This document shows positions 62,192 through 64,000 of a stretch of DNA of 64,000 nt, piece after piece. Origin of the DNA: Diadema antillarum (lineage: Eukaryota); assembly GCF_040938485.1 (NCBI RefSeq), contig NW_027271282.1, positions 310,001-374,000 of the forward strand, read 5' to 3'. The position numbers and the translations under genes are program-made. Every line of letters begins with the position of its first letter. The first letter of the stretch is position 1. The notes beneath the pieces were generated by a model, which did no database searches, had not been told where the DNA came from, and saw nothing but the letters and a program-made list of their open reading frames with translations.

Positions 62192-64000
62192 CTGCAGAGA
62201 TTGGGGGTGATAGGGCGGGAGGGGGTAGAATCCAGATTAGATCATGGGATCACCGCTTACAGAAAACATAGGGTTTTAATGGCAGAGGTAAAGGAATGTT
62301 GGTAACAACCAAAAAAAAAAAACTACTTAAAGCACATTAATGTTAATCTACAAGATATTTCTTTTTTAATTTTTACTCTTTAACATAGCATGATTCCAAG
62401 GCATAATTCCGGTAAATCGGAAATAATTAGATGATCAAATAAGAAGCAAAATAAGACTCACGTATCTCTACATGATTTAGATAAATAAGCAGATTTTTTT
62501 TTTTTTTTGAAATGACACAAACCTTTTTCATTTGAAGGTACATGTAGTATGAAACATTAATGAATCCCCTAATGAAGTGGACCCCAGGCTAAGAAAGACT
62601 TTTGTTTATCTATTACGATCATGTGCGATTATGTACGATTATTCTAGGGGGGAAAAGGTCTTTAAAAGTCAATTCAATTTAATCTAACTTATTTTCATAT
62701 CATTCTCCATAATGCAACAGAATCGATTTGAATATAATGTCATAATAGAATATACAAATAAAACACTGACTAAATTGAACAATCAACGGTTATTAAAAAA
62801 AAAAAAACATTCAAGAAATCGTTGGAAAATGCAACAGAAATATGAAGGGACCGACATAAAAGCAACCTTGTCGAGCGTAGGTCCCGGTAAAATAAGTGGC
62901 TCTTGAAAATGATACGGAGCACGGATGAAATGTGTGACCAAACTTACGGGAAAAATAATGATGATCACACAGGGATAGAAAATTACAATACATCATCAAC
63001 CAAAACATAATTTTCATTGTTATTATTATTATTTTCATATGCCCAAACCAATGGGATATATACCTAGGGATGGGAAATATACCTAGGGATGGGTCAATGA
63101 CTTCATCACTCCAGCTAATTCGAATGTATCATGTGTATTGTGCGGTTTCGATCACGATTGCACTATTTGGTGAAATTATGTGAACCTGAATAGGCATTTC
63201 CTTGTTTTGATCTTTAATCGTAAGTCCTTTGATGAAACTTCAACCATTATTATTGTTCATCTTATACATGCTGTCGAATACAGTTGTAAATTATCAGTGT
63301 AAATAAAACTTAATAAAGACCCTTAATGGGTAACGTCCACGCGGGGATAGGAGTTTTGTTGTTGTTTTTTGGTTTTGTTTTTAGCGACGGCAGCATTCCA
63401 ATTGATACAATTACGATGGGAAATGATTTCGTTTCTGAAATGTTGCAAGTACAAAATAATGTTTTATTTTCCACTTTTATGTGAATTGCGGATGATAAAC
63501 TGCAATAGTACAACATTGTACGAATACTGCCGTAAGAAAATTTTATAACTTTGAACACTGTAATCATTGTCGTATTCTTTATCATGCTTATTTTGACTGT
63601 TTATCACAGTGAACTTGTTTATCACAGTGAACTTTACCAAATCTTCAGGTACTAGCACTACTTTCTCTGCTACAGAAATTGCTACTATTTATACTCTTCT
63701 CCGGTACTTCTACATTAAACATTTCTGCCTTCCTTATGCTATATAATATACTATACACTTATATTTACAAAAGAATGATACATGAAGAGGGTATGACAAA
63801 TTTTTTTTCATTGCTCCAATCTTATGAGTGGAGCCACCTGGAAAATATTCCAGACATCAATGAGAAATACTCTGTTTTTATATCTCATTTTATGACCCTG
63901 TACGATGAGTGCTTTCCTATAAAGAAACTTGATAAAAAAAAATATGAGAAAAAACAAACTTGGTTTAACAGCCATCTGAAGAAGTTGTGTAAAAAGAAAT

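Noticed and set aside
62857-62891. 35-nt candidate exon upstream of the TM exon
   Set aside because: Weak donor, and the frame is ambiguous; cannot be supported without transcripts.

Overview
AT-rich, intron-rich animal genomic DNA from a draft assembly with two N gaps. It most resembles an echinoderm (sea urchin-like); this is inferred from repeat style, not proven. Six protein-coding genes were assembled by hand from GT-AG exons with consistent phases: (1) first coding exon of an AQP11/12-type aquaporin (-, ~3.7-4.2 kb); (2) a complete 6-exon GH3-domain (GHDC-like) gene (-, 9.5-14.7 kb, 618 aa); (3) an intronless class A GPCR with DRY replaced by IRW (-, 21.3-22.5 kb); (4) a complete 11-exon proteasome ATPase PSMC5/Rpt6 (+, 30.4-42.7 kb, 401 aa); (5) a complete 3-exon enkurin (-, 49.1-51.7 kb, 256 aa); (6) the last three exons of an unidentified type I membrane protein (-, 60.8-62.2 kb). 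Non-coding DNA is dense in non-autonomous DNA transposons: TTAA-flanked, hAT-like, PIF/Harbinger-like, CACT/TA, Academ-like, a Helentron-associated element with a 158-bp array, and palindromic families. No tRNA, rRNA or CRISPR feature was seen, and no new multi-gene system can be claimed. Best leads: over-represented TAGGCCTA and TACATGTA palindromes that look like TA-site transposon excision footprints, with an empty/filled pair inside the window; two ultra-short (27 and 53 bp) elements with 8-bp target duplications; a ~250-bp element shared by the first introns of PSMC5 and enkurin; and two Tyr-to-His changes in Rpt6, one next to the Ser120-equivalent phosphosite. All alignments and counts were done by eye.
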